56,429 nucleotides of DNA from a virus (Duplodnaviria; Caudoviricetes), in the IMG/VR virus record IMGVR_UViG_3300020438_003800, positions 1 to 56,429 of that record, one strand, 5' to 3'. Positions 46,319-56,370 of this stretch are shown here, one piece after another. The translations under genes were made by a program, and so were the position numbers. The notes beneath the pieces are model-generated. The model did not search any database. It was not told where the DNA came from and was given only the letters and a program-made list of their open reading frames with translations. The first letter of the stretch is position 1, and every line of letters begins with the position of its first letter.

Positions 46319-47494
46319 TTATACGCCAGCAACTGCAATTTGGCGCCAATCACCATTCAGATATACTACCATAGTTTGGGCAGCATTTGATATTGGATCC
46401 CAACTTGTACCATCTGCAACTGCAACCATTCCGTTTACTGGACTACTAGGTTCTGCTGCCAGCACTGCTAAATTTAGTGTGCTAGATAAAGCTGCACTGT
46501 TAAATGTTACATCGTTAGTTGTATTCAAATCTTGATCAAATGAAGCGCCGCCGTCTGTAATTCCGTAACCTGCTAGTGTAGTCGGCTTGCTTGTTAAACT
46601 TGCAAACGCTCCATCAAATAATGCTGTATCACCTGCTAGTGCTGTTGTTGCTGTTGTGCCCAATGCCAATGCATCAGTAATTCCATAACCTGCTATTGTA
46701 GTTGGTGTTCCTGTTAGACTAGCAAACGTTTGTGCTGGAACACTTGTTAAAAACCCACTTAGGTCAACAGTGTTGCCACTTGATATTGATAAGTCTGTAC
46801 CAACTAATGTTAGTTCTTGGCTATCTGTTTCACTAGTAATATATCCTGCATTTTCTAATGTACTAACACGGGTTGCAAGTGCAGTATCGTCATAGTGTGC
46901 TAAATCTGTAATTTGTGATTCTGTAATACTAAGTGCTGTTTGATGCGTTGTAACATCTGATTCTGTAACTGTATAACTTGTTAGATACCCTGCTGTGCTA
47001 TGATTACCCCAGCCAAATGCTGTGTTCCAATTTGCTTCATTAGTACCATCTGCATATCCTGCTGTGCTATGATTACCCCAACCAAATGCTGTGTCCCAAT
47101 TTGTGCTATCTTCAATATTTGCTTTTGGGATTGAACTGTTAACGCCGTCTACAAGTAAAGTACTATCGTCTCCAAATACACTACCTACAGTATCTTGAAC
47201 CTCTGCAGGCGCTCCACCATTTACAAGTAATGCTCCGCCACTTGTAACTTCTATTCTTGCTCCGTTTACATAAATGAAGTTTTTAACATAAATGTCGTCC
47301 CACTGTTTATCAGCTGAGCCTAAATCAATTGTTCCGTCGGTATTGGGTAAAACATGTGATGTTGCTCCTGATGGATCACCCAACGCTGTATATACTTCAT
47401 TAAAATTATTATTAATTTTAGTAAAGGCAGAACGTAATGGATCTCCATCACCTTTATTTGGACTTGTTCCTGTATCAATTATTTGTTTTGCCAT
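46319..47494 (-). CDS. Tail fibre-like protein with gp9/gp10-like N-terminus
   Basis: Start likely MAKQII (47494, SD GGAG); GDGDPLRSAFTKINNNF; NWxTAFGWGNH x2; PTT[IL]AGYGITD x2. Confidence 0.7.
   Translation of the reverse strand: MAKQIIDTGTSPNKGDGDPLRSAFTKINNNFNEVYTALGDPSGATSHVLPNTDGTIDLGSADKQWDDIYVKNFIYVNGARIEVTSGGALLVNGGAPAEVQDTVGSVFGDDSTLLVDGVNSSIPKANIEDSTNWDTAFGWGNHSTAGYADGTNEANWNTAFGWGNHSTAGYLTSYTVTESDVTTHQTALSITESQITDLAHYDDTALATRVSTLENAGYITSETDSQELTLVGTDLSISSGNTVDLSGFLTSVPAQTFASLTGTPTTIAGYGITDALALGTTATTALAGDTALFDGAFASLTSKPTTLAGYGITDGGASFDQDLNTTNDVTFNSAALSSTLNLAVLAAEPSSPVNGMVAVADGTSWDPISNAAQTMVVYLNGDWRQIAVAGV
46989..47103. repeat. Near-identical direct repeat (about 46 bp, 69-nt period) encoding NW[DN]TAFGWGNHSTAG
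   Basis: cctgctgtgctatgattacccca-g/a-ccaaatgctgtgt-t/c-ccaatttg occurs twice. Confidence 0.8.
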
Positions 47495-47624
47495 TTGGTG
47501 CTCCAACTTGAACTCTTATTTTACCAGCTGTGACTATTACTTGTCTAGGCTGCGGGTTTTTATTATCTACAAATGCTTTTGCATCTTTTCGTTTTATATA
47601 ATTATTAATTTTTTCTTGCTTCAT
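47475..47624 (-). CDS. Small basic hypothetical protein (49 aa)
   Basis: Not in ORF track; MKQEKINNYIKRKDAKAFVDNKNPQPRQVIVTAGKIRVQVGAPNGKTNN; TAATG-coupled. Confidence 0.55.
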   Translation of the reverse strand: MKQEKINNYIKRKDAKAFVDNKNPQPRQVIVTAGKIRVQVGAPNGKTNN

Positions 47625-50600
47625 TATACTCTTCCTACCACAACTTCTACTGTGCCTTTGCCTAGGTCTTCTTTATTTTCTAAAGCTTTACCTATTACAG
47701 TGCCTAGTTGTGGTATAGTTGCTACAATAGCATATCCTGGTATTGCACTAGTTACTAGTAAGTCACCTTTTTGTACTTGTCCAATTACTTTACATGGAAC
47801 TCTTCCTTGCAACGCTACAGCTACAACATTCTCGCCTTCTTGATGACTATTCATTAAGTATGCTGGATTTGTTGAAACAACGCCTGCAACTCGTGGATCA
47901 AGTTTTTGTGTAGAAAGTGTAACTTCGGCATCGCCGCCAAACACTACTACTGTGCTTGCTTCATAATTTGCATCAGCTGTGTAATTCTCCGCTAAGTCAG
48001 CATAGTAAGCTTCAGTTGCTGTACCACGGAAAGTTGTTGCATAAACATTTGCATATTTTCTTGATGCACTTCCAATGTCATATGAATTAGTTGTGTCAGG
48101 TAACATACCTGACGAACTAAACAGCGCAGGTACAACACTTGAATTTGTTGCTGAATCTGCTGTAACAATTGCAACTTGTCCTACTAGAGATTTACCAGTA
48201 TTAGCACCAATTGCTATTGCTGTACTTGCTGCGCCCTTTTCGCCCGGCGCTTCAATAAAGCTACTGTAGATCCAATCGACACCTAATGCTTTTTCACCGT
48301 TAAAGTTTGATAAACCTTGTAAAGTACTTTCAGTAACGCCAGTTGAACTAATGTTTACACTACCTGCAATTTCTAAAGTTGGGAATGTAGGCGCAACATA
48401 TCCAGGATCACCTGGATTGCCGATTGCCGCTGCGCCACCTGCTGCTCTTAGCAATTCACCTTGCGAAGGAGTTTTAAGAATAACTGTTGTGCCGTCCAAT
48501 GATAAAACTTCATAACTGCTATCACCACCTAATATTAGTGAGTTTGCTTGTACACTACCGCTAGCATCTGTTTTAACAATTGAGTTAACCTCTCCAGAGA
48601 TTGTTACGTTTGAAATACCATATGTGCCTTCGCCTGTTCTAATAAGTGCTTGACCTGCATCAGATACTGAAGATATTAGACTAATAAAGTCTGCATCTGC
48701 AAGTCCGCCACCTTCTTGTATAACTCTACTAAACGGAATCTGATCAATATCATTATCAGAACTGTCTCCTTCGTAGTTACCAAGTACTGTTCCGTCGTTA
48801 ATTCTTTGTATTTTTTCTAATGGTATTTGACCGTTACTTATACTAACAAAACCACTTGTGCTTGTAAACAATGCACTATCAAATGACGCAACACCTAAGT
48901 CATTTTGTGTAATGCCTGTAGCATCTGCTCTAGTTGCAGCTTCATTAAGATTTAACTTACTTTGAGAAATATTTGCTGTGCCTTGTACGTCATCGTTTAC
49001 AATAGTATTTGGCTTCATTTGTAAGTTAAGCTCTGTATACCTTTCTGTTACAACGCCGCCGACTTCTGTTACAACTTTGCTTGTGAGTATTTCAATATCA
49101 CTTGCGGCACTAGCAACACCATTTACCCATTCGTCAACTGGTCCGTCTACTACTCTGCCTTCTGCGCCGCCCGAAACAAGTAATACATCAGCATCAGGTG
49201 ATGCACCAGCCGGCTTCCCATCACTAAATATTCCTGCTGTCGGAGTATAAGTGATTTCTACTAGATTGCCTTCGTAGCCATCTACATCTTGTACGTCTAT
49301 AATTTGACCTGTAGCACCAGATATGCTTCCAGTAAAAATATCACCTCTAGCAAACGGTCCATTTACTACTGTTGATCCTAACACTAATAATTTTTTATAT
49401 TCTGTAGAAACAAGTAGTTGGTTTGGTGCATGACTTTGGTATTGTAAACTACGTAGATCTTTTATTTCGTCCCCTAGTCCACGCCCGTCATCAACATACG
49501 CTTTTGTAGCTGCATCAGAGTCACTATCAGGTAATTTAATATTTGTAATTGTGTTTCCAGCGGCATTTAAGTCGTCTGTCATTGGCACAGCACCGTTTGG
49601 AGCAAGTACCCCAGGTCCTAACTTATTAGCAACAGGAGCGCCGTTAACATCATAACCCAAACGCCTATTTACATAACCACGTACCGCAAGTTCTGTAGGA
49701 ACAGTATCAGCAGCATTATCAGTCATTGCTGTATCTGTACTAAATTCAGTTACAACCACACCACGCTTAAAGCCAATACCATCAACATCTGATAGTGCAA
49801 GTGATGCACTAAATGTTACTGTACCAGTACCTTGGTCAACACTAAAGAATTTACCTACTCTAAATATACCGTTTTGGTCTGTGCTTACATAAAACACTCT
49901 ACCTTTGGTTCTTTCATCTACTTCTTTAGATTGATCTTTTTCTCCTGGCTCTCCAAAAATAACAGTTGGATAGTTTGATTCATTAAATCCGCCTGAGCCT
50001 ACATCTAAGAAGTCATGTGATGTAGCACGACATGTACTAATATTTACAGTAACAGTACCAGTTGCACCAGCTTGTAGTCCTGCTCTAATAGTAACAACAT
50101 TTGATCCTAATACAACTGGACTTGCTAAACCTGTTGAGAGTGTTGTATCATCTCCCGGTTCAGTAAAGTCTTCTAAATTAATACTGTCTATTGCTAGAAT
50201 ATCTACAATAACGTATTCATTATCTTCTGCAATAGGCACAATAGTATCTGCATCGTTAACACCTCTAGCATTGAATACAAAATGTTTTTTACCTTGCCAT
50301 ACAAATATAGGAGCTTCAGTTAATGATTCTGCTGTTGCTCCAATTGGTCTATTTGCTACATCTGTTCTTGCATTATTATTGAGTCTAAATATTTCGTTGT
50401 CATCGAGTACAGGTTGTAGAGCAAGAACAGTGTCTCCTGCTGTTCCGCCTTTTGTAGTTCCTGTATTAGATAATGCAGTTTCTTGTGCTTTAGCACTTTC
50501 TATCAACATTCTAATATAATCATACGAACTATCAAAACCAGACTGTAATTCGTTATTTTCTAATTCATTACCTAAACTATCTGATGTTAAAAAACTAATA

Positions 50601-53600
50601 CTTCTGTAAACAAAGTTTGGATTTTCATCAAAGATTACCGCAGTACTTGGTCGTATTGTAAGCACATCAGGTCTTGCAAAATCACTTATAATATGAGTTT
50701 GATTTCTTCTGTATTGAAGTAATGTGCCAAATGGAACATCTTCAATTAATCCGTCTGTACTGAATTGATTATCACTTGTTGAGAAATTAAGTTTTCGTAC
50801 TCTACCGTCGTACATTGGTGTGTGCGAATCTACAAACGGACTACCTGTAATTGCCGCTTTTGTAATAACACCGCTATTTACTTCTAAGATTGTAATAAAT
50901 GCATCGTTGTCTGTTGTGCCGCCGCCTAGATTAGCACCACTTACTACCATACTATCGCCTACGGTATAATTAGTACCACCGTTTACAATTTCAATAGTGT
51001 ATCCATATTTTATAGTTTTATAAAAATTAAATAATGCGCCTGCTGCTGTAACGTTATCTATTGTGATAGAATCAAATGGCACTTCAGTACCAATATTTTT
51101 CATTCTACCAACATGAGCTCCTGTTGGGGAAGCATTAGCTACTTCGTATCTTGCAAATATATTCTCTGTTGGGTGGTAAACATCAAACTCTGATCTATTG
51201 CTTGGATTCTCTTTAAAGTCGTATGCAAATATGAACAATCCGTTTTTATTACTACCGTATCCTTGAGTATCAACTCTTAAAGGAACACTATTTGCGCCTA
51301 AAGGTGTTACTACTGAATCGCCAGTAATTGGTCCTGTAATGCTAATTTGGTTGGTTGTATCAAAAGCACCACTAGTGTCTGTAAGATAAATTACTCTTTC
51401 GCCAGTTGGAGAAACTACGCTGTCGCCTAATTGGCTAGTATTCGAACTTACTACACCTGTAGCATTTGTTGCTGATTGTGTAAGTTGATCACCTTCTTGT
51501 AAGATTACTGGACCAGTTAATTCAAGTATAACGTCTGCATGGAATGTTTTAGCACTTTCCATCATATCTTGCGCCAACTGAATAGCGTCTGGAATTTCGT
51601 TTGGATCTGATCCTTCAGCAACTAGTCCGTATTCACCATAACAACTTGAACCTGTTAGTGATCTAATCTCTGAGCCGTTTTTAGCATAGTAAGATGTATG
51701 ACAGTAGTATGTGAACATACTAACCATTTCAGATAGCGCACCGTTAACAGCAACAAGACCGTAACCTTTATCGTTAATTTGCGTAAAGTCATTACCCAAC
51801 ATACTTCTATTACCAGCTGTTTGGATAGTAATTGGAATAGGTGTTGATAGATCGCTTAAATCAACACCAGTTGCAAGCGAGCTTGTTAAACCACTAAAGC
51901 CTAATCCAGAGTTTGAACCAGGACTTAGTATAAGTGTAGCTGTACCAAGTTCTTTATCATAGTTTGTGACTGCATTAATTTGAAAACGTCTACCGTCAAT
52001 ATAAAAAACACTCGGTGTTTCTGGCCTACGTACAAATAAGCCCTGCGGCTCTGCTTGTGAGCCTAAACTTTGTATGTCTAGTTTAAATGCATCGCCGTCA
52101 ACTCTTGAAGTTACCCTAACAGCAGAGTTACCAACAAATGCATCTACAAATAGTCCGCCTCTAAATACTTGTTTATTATCCGACTTTGCAAATCCTGTAC
52201 CTGTTTGGCAATATGGAGACTTAGTAAGCACTTGTCCTTCTGGATCAAGTACCATTTGGAAGCCGCCGTGTCCTTGTCCTGTAATGTTACGCAAAATGGT
52301 GGCATCGTTCATTAAGAACACATCCATTTCATCATTACGAAGTGGCGGGTTATATTCTGCGTTAAATGCAAAAACAACAGTTTCTATTAAGTTATATGCA
52401 ATAAGTTGGATGCCATCTACTTGTCTCCAAAATTGCAAAATTTCTGTTGCATCAAATGTTGCTCCGGAAGTATGTTCTGCTGTAGGAGTATAATATCTAT
52501 CTTCTCCACCTACAAAAAACTTAACTACATTTCCTAATCTGTAAAGGTTTCCTGATGACCATGATTCGGGATCACCATCACCATTAAAATCATCAAATGC
52601 ATAAGTTAAGTTTGCATTTGGATCTGGAGCTGCGCCACTTGGTCCATAAAGCGTAGCAGGACTTATGCCTCTAACAATATCGTTTGCAAGGGTATAGATA
52701 TGACGTAATCCATCTACAGTTTCTACTTCTGTTCCAACTTCTACAGCGCCCGAGTAGTATTCACCTTGTGCTTCTAAAGAAAATTCATTACCTCCTGCAC
52801 GATAGTCTTTGACCATTGCTTCTACAACTAAGCCAGCGTCTCTAAAACATTTTGTTCTTGAATAACCTACAGAACCAATTAGTGCAGGATAGGTTGTTTC
52901 TACATAGTTTACAACTTGCTCCTGGATAAATTCTTTGTTATCAATCAATGATAACGCAGCAGTTTCCCAGTTACCGATGTTTTCGTAACCAGCACCTATG
53001 TTTCTCAATTTATTTGGCTTTAGCAAATAGTGATTACCAAAATATCCTTCTACTTGATTTGTTAATGGGTTAGTATATTGTATACCGTTTGGAACTGTTA
53101 GCACTGTAAAGCTATATGGTGCAGCACCGTTGTTGCCTAGTGCAGAATCTTGTACAGTTACAATTTCGTTTGCTTGAAAACTGTCGCCAGCCGTAATTAC
53201 AGTAACGTCTGTAACTGCACCTGTATTATCAACTGTAATATCAAATTTTGCATCTTTACCTAATTTACTTGTTGCATAATCTACTTGGGTTATAGTGTAA
53301 GTACCAGCAGTTCTCAGAGCATCTGCACTTGCTGTAAAGTCAATAGTTTCAATACTTGATTTACCTAAAATAAGTCCATCAAACTCGGCGTCTCTATAAA
53401 AGAATGTATTTGCATATCTAGATTGTGATACACGATCTTTTGGTCTTACAATTACTCGTCTAAACTCATCACCTTTGACACTTACGTTAGCAGGAACTCT
53501 AATTGGAAGATCTTCTTCATAAATACCACTTTCGATCCTAATACTAATTTGTGTATCATTAACAATATTACCATACTCTAATGGTTCACCTGATTGGAAT

Positions 53601-55558
53601 TCAAATGGCTCTAATAGTTGTACTTCTATTTCGTCTGTTTCAACAGTAGAAACAGGTCTTGAGCCGCTTTCGTGCTTGTAGTCAATTATTCTACCAATTG
53701 CTCCAGAATTTTTACCACGTACAACTTTACCTGGAATAATGTCAGTGTTTGTAGGATTAGCTTGATCAATAAAACCAAAGTTACCGTTACCTATATTAAT
53801 TTTGTATGTAGTTTGTCCATCAACAATACCGGGCGCATCTAATGGGCCGTTGTTAATCACATCAAGAATTACATCAAACTTTGCTCCTATAGCATTATCT
53901 GCTAATGTATCTGGTAATGTTAAGTCTGTAACCTGTGGTACACGGCTTTGATATGTAGTTGGTACTGCTGTGTTAGTTAAAATATATGTTGTTACCAGTA
54001 ACTTTGCATATTCAATGCCTGCAACTGTGTATGACTTTTGAGAACCAATTGCTTTTTGCGCACTCACACTTGAATAGTATCTTAGCCCAGAGTATCGTGA
54101 TAGGTAGTTTGCATTGTTTCCTAATAGTGAATCTAAGCTCACACTATCCAGCATTAGTGTAACATCAAGTTGACATCTTTCTTTATTATATTGATCAGCA
54201 AACTCTGGAAATGTTGCATCAATATAACCTGTAACTTCTTTAGCAATAAACTCTTTGTTTGCAACAATTATTGCTCTAGCATTGGATCTACCTGATATAG
54301 GACTTGTAATGCCTGCTGTGTCAATTAAACCTTCATTTGCTCCAGCGTTAAATGTCATAGTCTGCATATACGGACCAGGCTCAAACGGTGACGCTAAAAT
54401 AATTTCTTCTGCTTTTCGAGCCGCGGCATTAATTGTTCTATATGCATATGCTGCACTTCTACCTTCTTTGCCTACCGGCGTAAATGGCTGTGCATCTGTA
54501 CCTGCTGTACTTACATACAAATTTACTGTACTAGGTTTTGCTGCATTATCTACGTAAAGCTTTGAAGCGGCTTGTAAATCATCTGGACCAAATGGCAACC
54601 CTGTTCCTACTAATTCGCCAGGGTGATCAAACAAGTTTAAGGCACCTGTCATAGTGTCGCCTTCTCGTCTTGTAATACTCTTACGTGGAAGCGCAACATT
54701 GCTCAACCAATTGCCTTCTAGATTATTATCAAGTGCGCTATCTGTAAGTTCAAATGTACCTGTACCGCCGGATAGTAATATTCTGCCTGTGCCATTAATT
54801 GCGTCTGATTCATTTGAATACAAACCAAGATTGTTATCGTCTGCTATGTCAATATAATAAAGGTTGCCTGAAACAACACCAAACGGATCGTCCCCGGTTG
54901 AATTAAAAACAAATGGTGCTCCTGCAAAGGCTTGACTTAATCCATGTGAATTTTTTACAAAGTATCCTGATGTGATACTGTCAGCTGTAATACTGTACGA
55001 TGATTTATCAGCTGGTTCTGAACCTACTCTAAATCCGCCTCCTGCTACTGCCTTTTCTTGATAATTTCTATCTGCATAATTTTTGTTAATTACTAGCGCA
55101 CCAAGTTCTAAATCTGTGCCATGGACAGAATTAAATGAGTCAATAGCAGCTTGACTTACACTTACACCGGCAATAGGTTGAGTTGCCGCATCAAGTGGAC
55201 CACTTAGTGTAGGTTGTGGATCATTAGAAACTTTGGATACTAACTGCCTGATAATAACTTTGCCGTCTATACTAAAATCAAACCCGATAGTATCTGTTGT
55301 ACCTGATAAGGCATTATCAGAAGCTAGTTCTAGTAAATTTAAGCCACTGCCATCTGAACGCACAAGTGGTACTTTGTTTTCATTACCTACATAACTATTT
55401 GGAGTATCACTTAGGTCAGTAAAGCTTATTTGTCCGCCTATACCAAAAACTGCATATAGTTCTTGAAAGTTCTCATTGACTTTACGAAATGACTCGCGAA
55501 TACTATCGCCTGTACCGTCATTACCTTCTACACCAATATCTACACCTTGTCTTGCCAT
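47624..55558 (-). CDS. Very large tail/baseplate fibre protein (2644 aa): gp9/10-like N-terminus, probable beta-helix core, C-terminal intramolecular-chaperone-like domain
   Basis: IGVEGNDGTGDSIRESF; AYRTINAA, IRIESGIYEE...GDEFRRV; YADLAENY...VAGVVSTNPAYLMN...VALQGRVPCKV. Confidence 0.75.
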   Translation of the reverse strand: MARQGVDIGVEGNDGTGDSIRESFRKVNENFQELYAVFGIGGQISFTDLSDTPNSYVGNENKVPLVRSDGSGLNLLELASDNALSGTTDTIGFDFSIDGKVIIRQLVSKVSNDPQPTLSGPLDAATQPIAGVSVSQAAIDSFNSVHGTDLELGALVINKNYADRNYQEKAVAGGGFRVGSEPADKSSYSITADSITSGYFVKNSHGLSQAFAGAPFVFNSTGDDPFGVVSGNLYYIDIADDNNLGLYSNESDAINGTGRILLSGGTGTFELTDSALDNNLEGNWLSNVALPRKSITRREGDTMTGALNLFDHPGELVGTGLPFGPDDLQAASKLYVDNAAKPSTVNLYVSTAGTDAQPFTPVGKEGRSAAYAYRTINAAARKAEEIILASPFEPGPYMQTMTFNAGANEGLIDTAGITSPISGRSNARAIIVANKEFIAKEVTGYIDATFPEFADQYNKERCQLDVTLMLDSVSLDSLLGNNANYLSRYSGLRYYSSVSAQKAIGSQKSYTVAGIEYAKLLVTTYILTNTAVPTTYQSRVPQVTDLTLPDTLADNAIGAKFDVILDVINNGPLDAPGIVDGQTTYKINIGNGNFGFIDQANPTNTDIIPGKVVRGKNSGAIGRIIDYKHESGSRPVSTVETDEIEVQLLEPFEFQSGEPLEYGNIVNDTQISIRIESGIYEEDLPIRVPANVSVKGDEFRRVIVRPKDRVSQSRYANTFFYRDAEFDGLILGKSSIETIDFTASADALRTAGTYTITQVDYATSKLGKDAKFDITVDNTGAVTDVTVITAGDSFQANEIVTVQDSALGNNGAAPYSFTVLTVPNGIQYTNPLTNQVEGYFGNHYLLKPNKLRNIGAGYENIGNWETAALSLIDNKEFIQEQVVNYVETTYPALIGSVGYSRTKCFRDAGLVVEAMVKDYRAGGNEFSLEAQGEYYSGAVEVGTEVETVDGLRHIYTLANDIVRGISPATLYGPSGAAPDPNANLTYAFDDFNGDGDPESWSSGNLYRLGNVVKFFVGGEDRYYTPTAEHTSGATFDATEILQFWRQVDGIQLIAYNLIETVVFAFNAEYNPPLRNDEMDVFLMNDATILRNITGQGHGGFQMVLDPEGQVLTKSPYCQTGTGFAKSDNKQVFRGGLFVDAFVGNSAVRVTSRVDGDAFKLDIQSLGSQAEPQGLFVRRPETPSVFYIDGRRFQINAVTNYDKELGTATLILSPGSNSGLGFSGLTSSLATGVDLSDLSTPIPITIQTAGNRSMLGNDFTQINDKGYGLVAVNGALSEMVSMFTYYCHTSYYAKNGSEIRSLTGSSCYGEYGLVAEGSDPNEIPDAIQLAQDMMESAKTFHADVILELTGPVILQEGDQLTQSATNATGVVSSNTSQLGDSVVSPTGERVIYLTDTSGAFDTTNQISITGPITGDSVVTPLGANSVPLRVDTQGYGSNKNGLFIFAYDFKENPSNRSEFDVYHPTENIFARYEVANASPTGAHVGRMKNIGTEVPFDSITIDNVTAAGALFNFYKTIKYGYTIEIVNGGTNYTVGDSMVVSGANLGGGTTDNDAFITILEVNSGVITKAAITGSPFVDSHTPMYDGRVRKLNFSTSDNQFSTDGLIEDVPFGTLLQYRRNQTHIISDFARPDVLTIRPSTAVIFDENPNFVYRSISFLTSDSLGNELENNELQSGFDSSYDYIRMLIESAKAQETALSNTGTTKGGTAGDTVLALQPVLDDNEIFRLNNNARTDVANRPIGATAESLTEAPIFVWQGKKHFVFNARGVNDADTIVPIAEDNEYVIVDILAIDSINLEDFTEPGDDTTLSTGLASPVVLGSNVVTIRAGLQAGATGTVTVNISTCRATSHDFLDVGSGGFNESNYPTVIFGEPGEKDQSKEVDERTKGRVFYVSTDQNGIFRVGKFFSVDQGTGTVTFSASLALSDVDGIGFKRGVVVTEFSTDTAMTDNAADTVPTELAVRGYVNRRLGYDVNGAPVANKLGPGVLAPNGAVPMTDDLNAAGNTITNIKLPDSDSDAATKAYVDDGRGLGDEIKDLRSLQYQSHAPNQLLVSTEYKKLLVLGSTVVNGPFARGDIFTGSISGATGQIIDVQDVDGYEGNLVEITYTPTAGIFSDGKPAGASPDADVLLVSGGAEGRVVDGPVDEWVNGVASAASDIEILTSKVVTEVGGVVTERYTELNLQMKPNTIVNDDVQGTANISQSKLNLNEAATRADATGITQNDLGVASFDSALFTSTSGFVSISNGQIPLEKIQRINDGTVLGNYEGDSSDNDIDQIPFSRVIQEGGGLADADFISLISSVSDAGQALIRTGEGTYGISNVTISGEVNSIVKTDASGSVQANSLILGGDSSYEVLSLDGTTVILKTPSQGELLRAAGGAAAIGNPGDPGYVAPTFPTLEIAGSVNISSTGVTESTLQGLSNFNGEKALGVDWIYSSFIEAPGEKGAASTAIAIGANTGKSLVGQVAIVTADSATNSSVVPALFSSSGMLPDTTNSYDIGSASRKYANVYATTFRGTATEAYYADLAENYTADANYEASTVVVFGGDAEVTLSTQKLDPRVAGVVSTNPAYLMNSHQEGENVVAVALQGRVPCKVIGQVQKGDLLVTSAIPGYAIVATIPQLGTVIGKALENKEDLGKGTVEVVVGRV

Positions 55559-55559
55559 T

Positions 55560-55937
55560 TTATTTTAGCTCCAATATTTCTATGTCTTTATCAAACATTT
55601 TATCAAAATTTATACTAACGCCGCATCCACAAGCAGATTGCGCATTAGGGTTGTTAACTTCAAACATAGATCCAATTATATCTTTCTTATAATTAATTTC
55701 TGTACCTACTAAAAACATAGTGCTATGCACACCAATTACAAAAGTACAGTTATTATCAGTTTTTAGGACTTCGTCTCCGTCTTTTAATTCATTAGGCGAT
55801 TCATAAATTCCCCACTCATATTCAAACCCTGCACAACCGCCGCCTTTAACGTTTAGTGTAATAGCGTAACACTCATTTTCCTTGCATAAAGTGTCGATTT
55901 GTTGTTTTGCTGAGTCTGTAAGAGTACATAATGTCAT
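55560..55937 (-). CDS. iscA: A-type Fe-S carrier (IscA/SufA/HesB family)
   Basis: GGGCAGFEY and NPNAQSACGCGVS. Confidence 0.92.
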   Translation of the reverse strand: MTLCTLTDSAKQQIDTLCKENECYAITLNVKGGGCAGFEYEWGIYESPNELKDGDEVLKTDNNCTFVIGVHSTMFLVGTEINYKKDIIGSMFEVNNPNAQSACGCGVSINFDKMFDKDIEILELK

Positions 55938-55957
55938 GAATTTACCTTTCCTAATAC

Positions 55958-55994
55958 TATTTATGATATTATTTTATAATCTTAATGTTAAATA
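55958..55994. promoter_or_regulatory. Back-to-back late-type promoters (minus ATAAATA 55958-55964; plus TAAATA 55989-55994)
   Basis: Minus motif precedes the iscA SD; plus motif is 5 nt before ATG 56000. Confidence 0.6.
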
Positions 55995-55999
55995 TAGTT

Positions 56000-56287
56000 A
56001 TGTTCATAAGAGAATTTAATAACGAAACCCGGCACATCCGCAAGAGCAAAATGGGCAAGGAACACACCTATAAGCGCAATCAGACTATTTGTGTGTTTAG
56101 GTGTGACAATTGTGACATAGAGTTTGTGCGGCCTAGAGGAAGTATGGATCCTAAGCGTTTAAATAATAACTATTTTCATGTGTGTAGTAACTGTGATTCT
56201 AAATCTTTTGCTCAAAAGAAAGGCGTAGAAAAGAAACAAGTCTGGAATATGAGTGCTTCTAGTTCTACGCCTATTGGTAAATTATAG
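56000..56287 (+). CDS. Basic Zn-finger-like protein
   Basis: Start reassigned to MFIREF (leaderless geometry); FRCDNC...HVCSNC. Confidence 0.7.
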   Translation: MFIREFNNETRHIRKSKMGKEHTYKRNQTICVFRCDNCDIEFVRPRGSMDPKRLNNNYFHVCSNCDSKSFAQKKGVEKKQVWNMSASSSTPIGKL

Positions 56288-56288
56288 A

Positions 56289-56360
56289 TTATCTAACACT
56301 AAAATACATAGTGATTTCAAATCCAAGTCTTATATTTTCATAAGTTGGTTTGGTCCACAT
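56289..56360 (-). CDS. pqqA: PqqA, pyrroloquinoline quinone precursor peptide (23 aa)
   Basis: Not in ORF track. SD AAGGAGA, then [23 protein letters not shown]-stop; W-x-K-P start and GFE-x-x-x-Y core of PqqA. Confidence 0.9.
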   Translation of the reverse strand: MWTKPTYENIRLGFEITMYFSVR

Positions 56361-56370
56361 AATAGTCTCC

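Noticed and set aside
6580-48174. Short same-strand alternative-frame ORFs (6580, 7516, 10254, 14411, 18595, 22956, 28442, 29319, 47992)
   Set aside because: Nested in or almost wholly overlapping real genes, with no initiation signals or recognisable features.
43326-55558. Diversity-generating retroelement target/template in fibre genes
   Set aside because: No reverse transcriptase in the window; the repeats are short in-frame coding duplications, not a template/variable repeat pair.
1142-55692. Many plus-strand ORFs of 60-196 aa in the ORF track (e.g. 5484-5942, 17204-17755, 40471-40959, 44788-45378)
   Set aside because: Antisense shadows of well-supported minus-strand genes; no SD, motifs or promoters. 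Only phoH and the 56000 gene are credible on plus.
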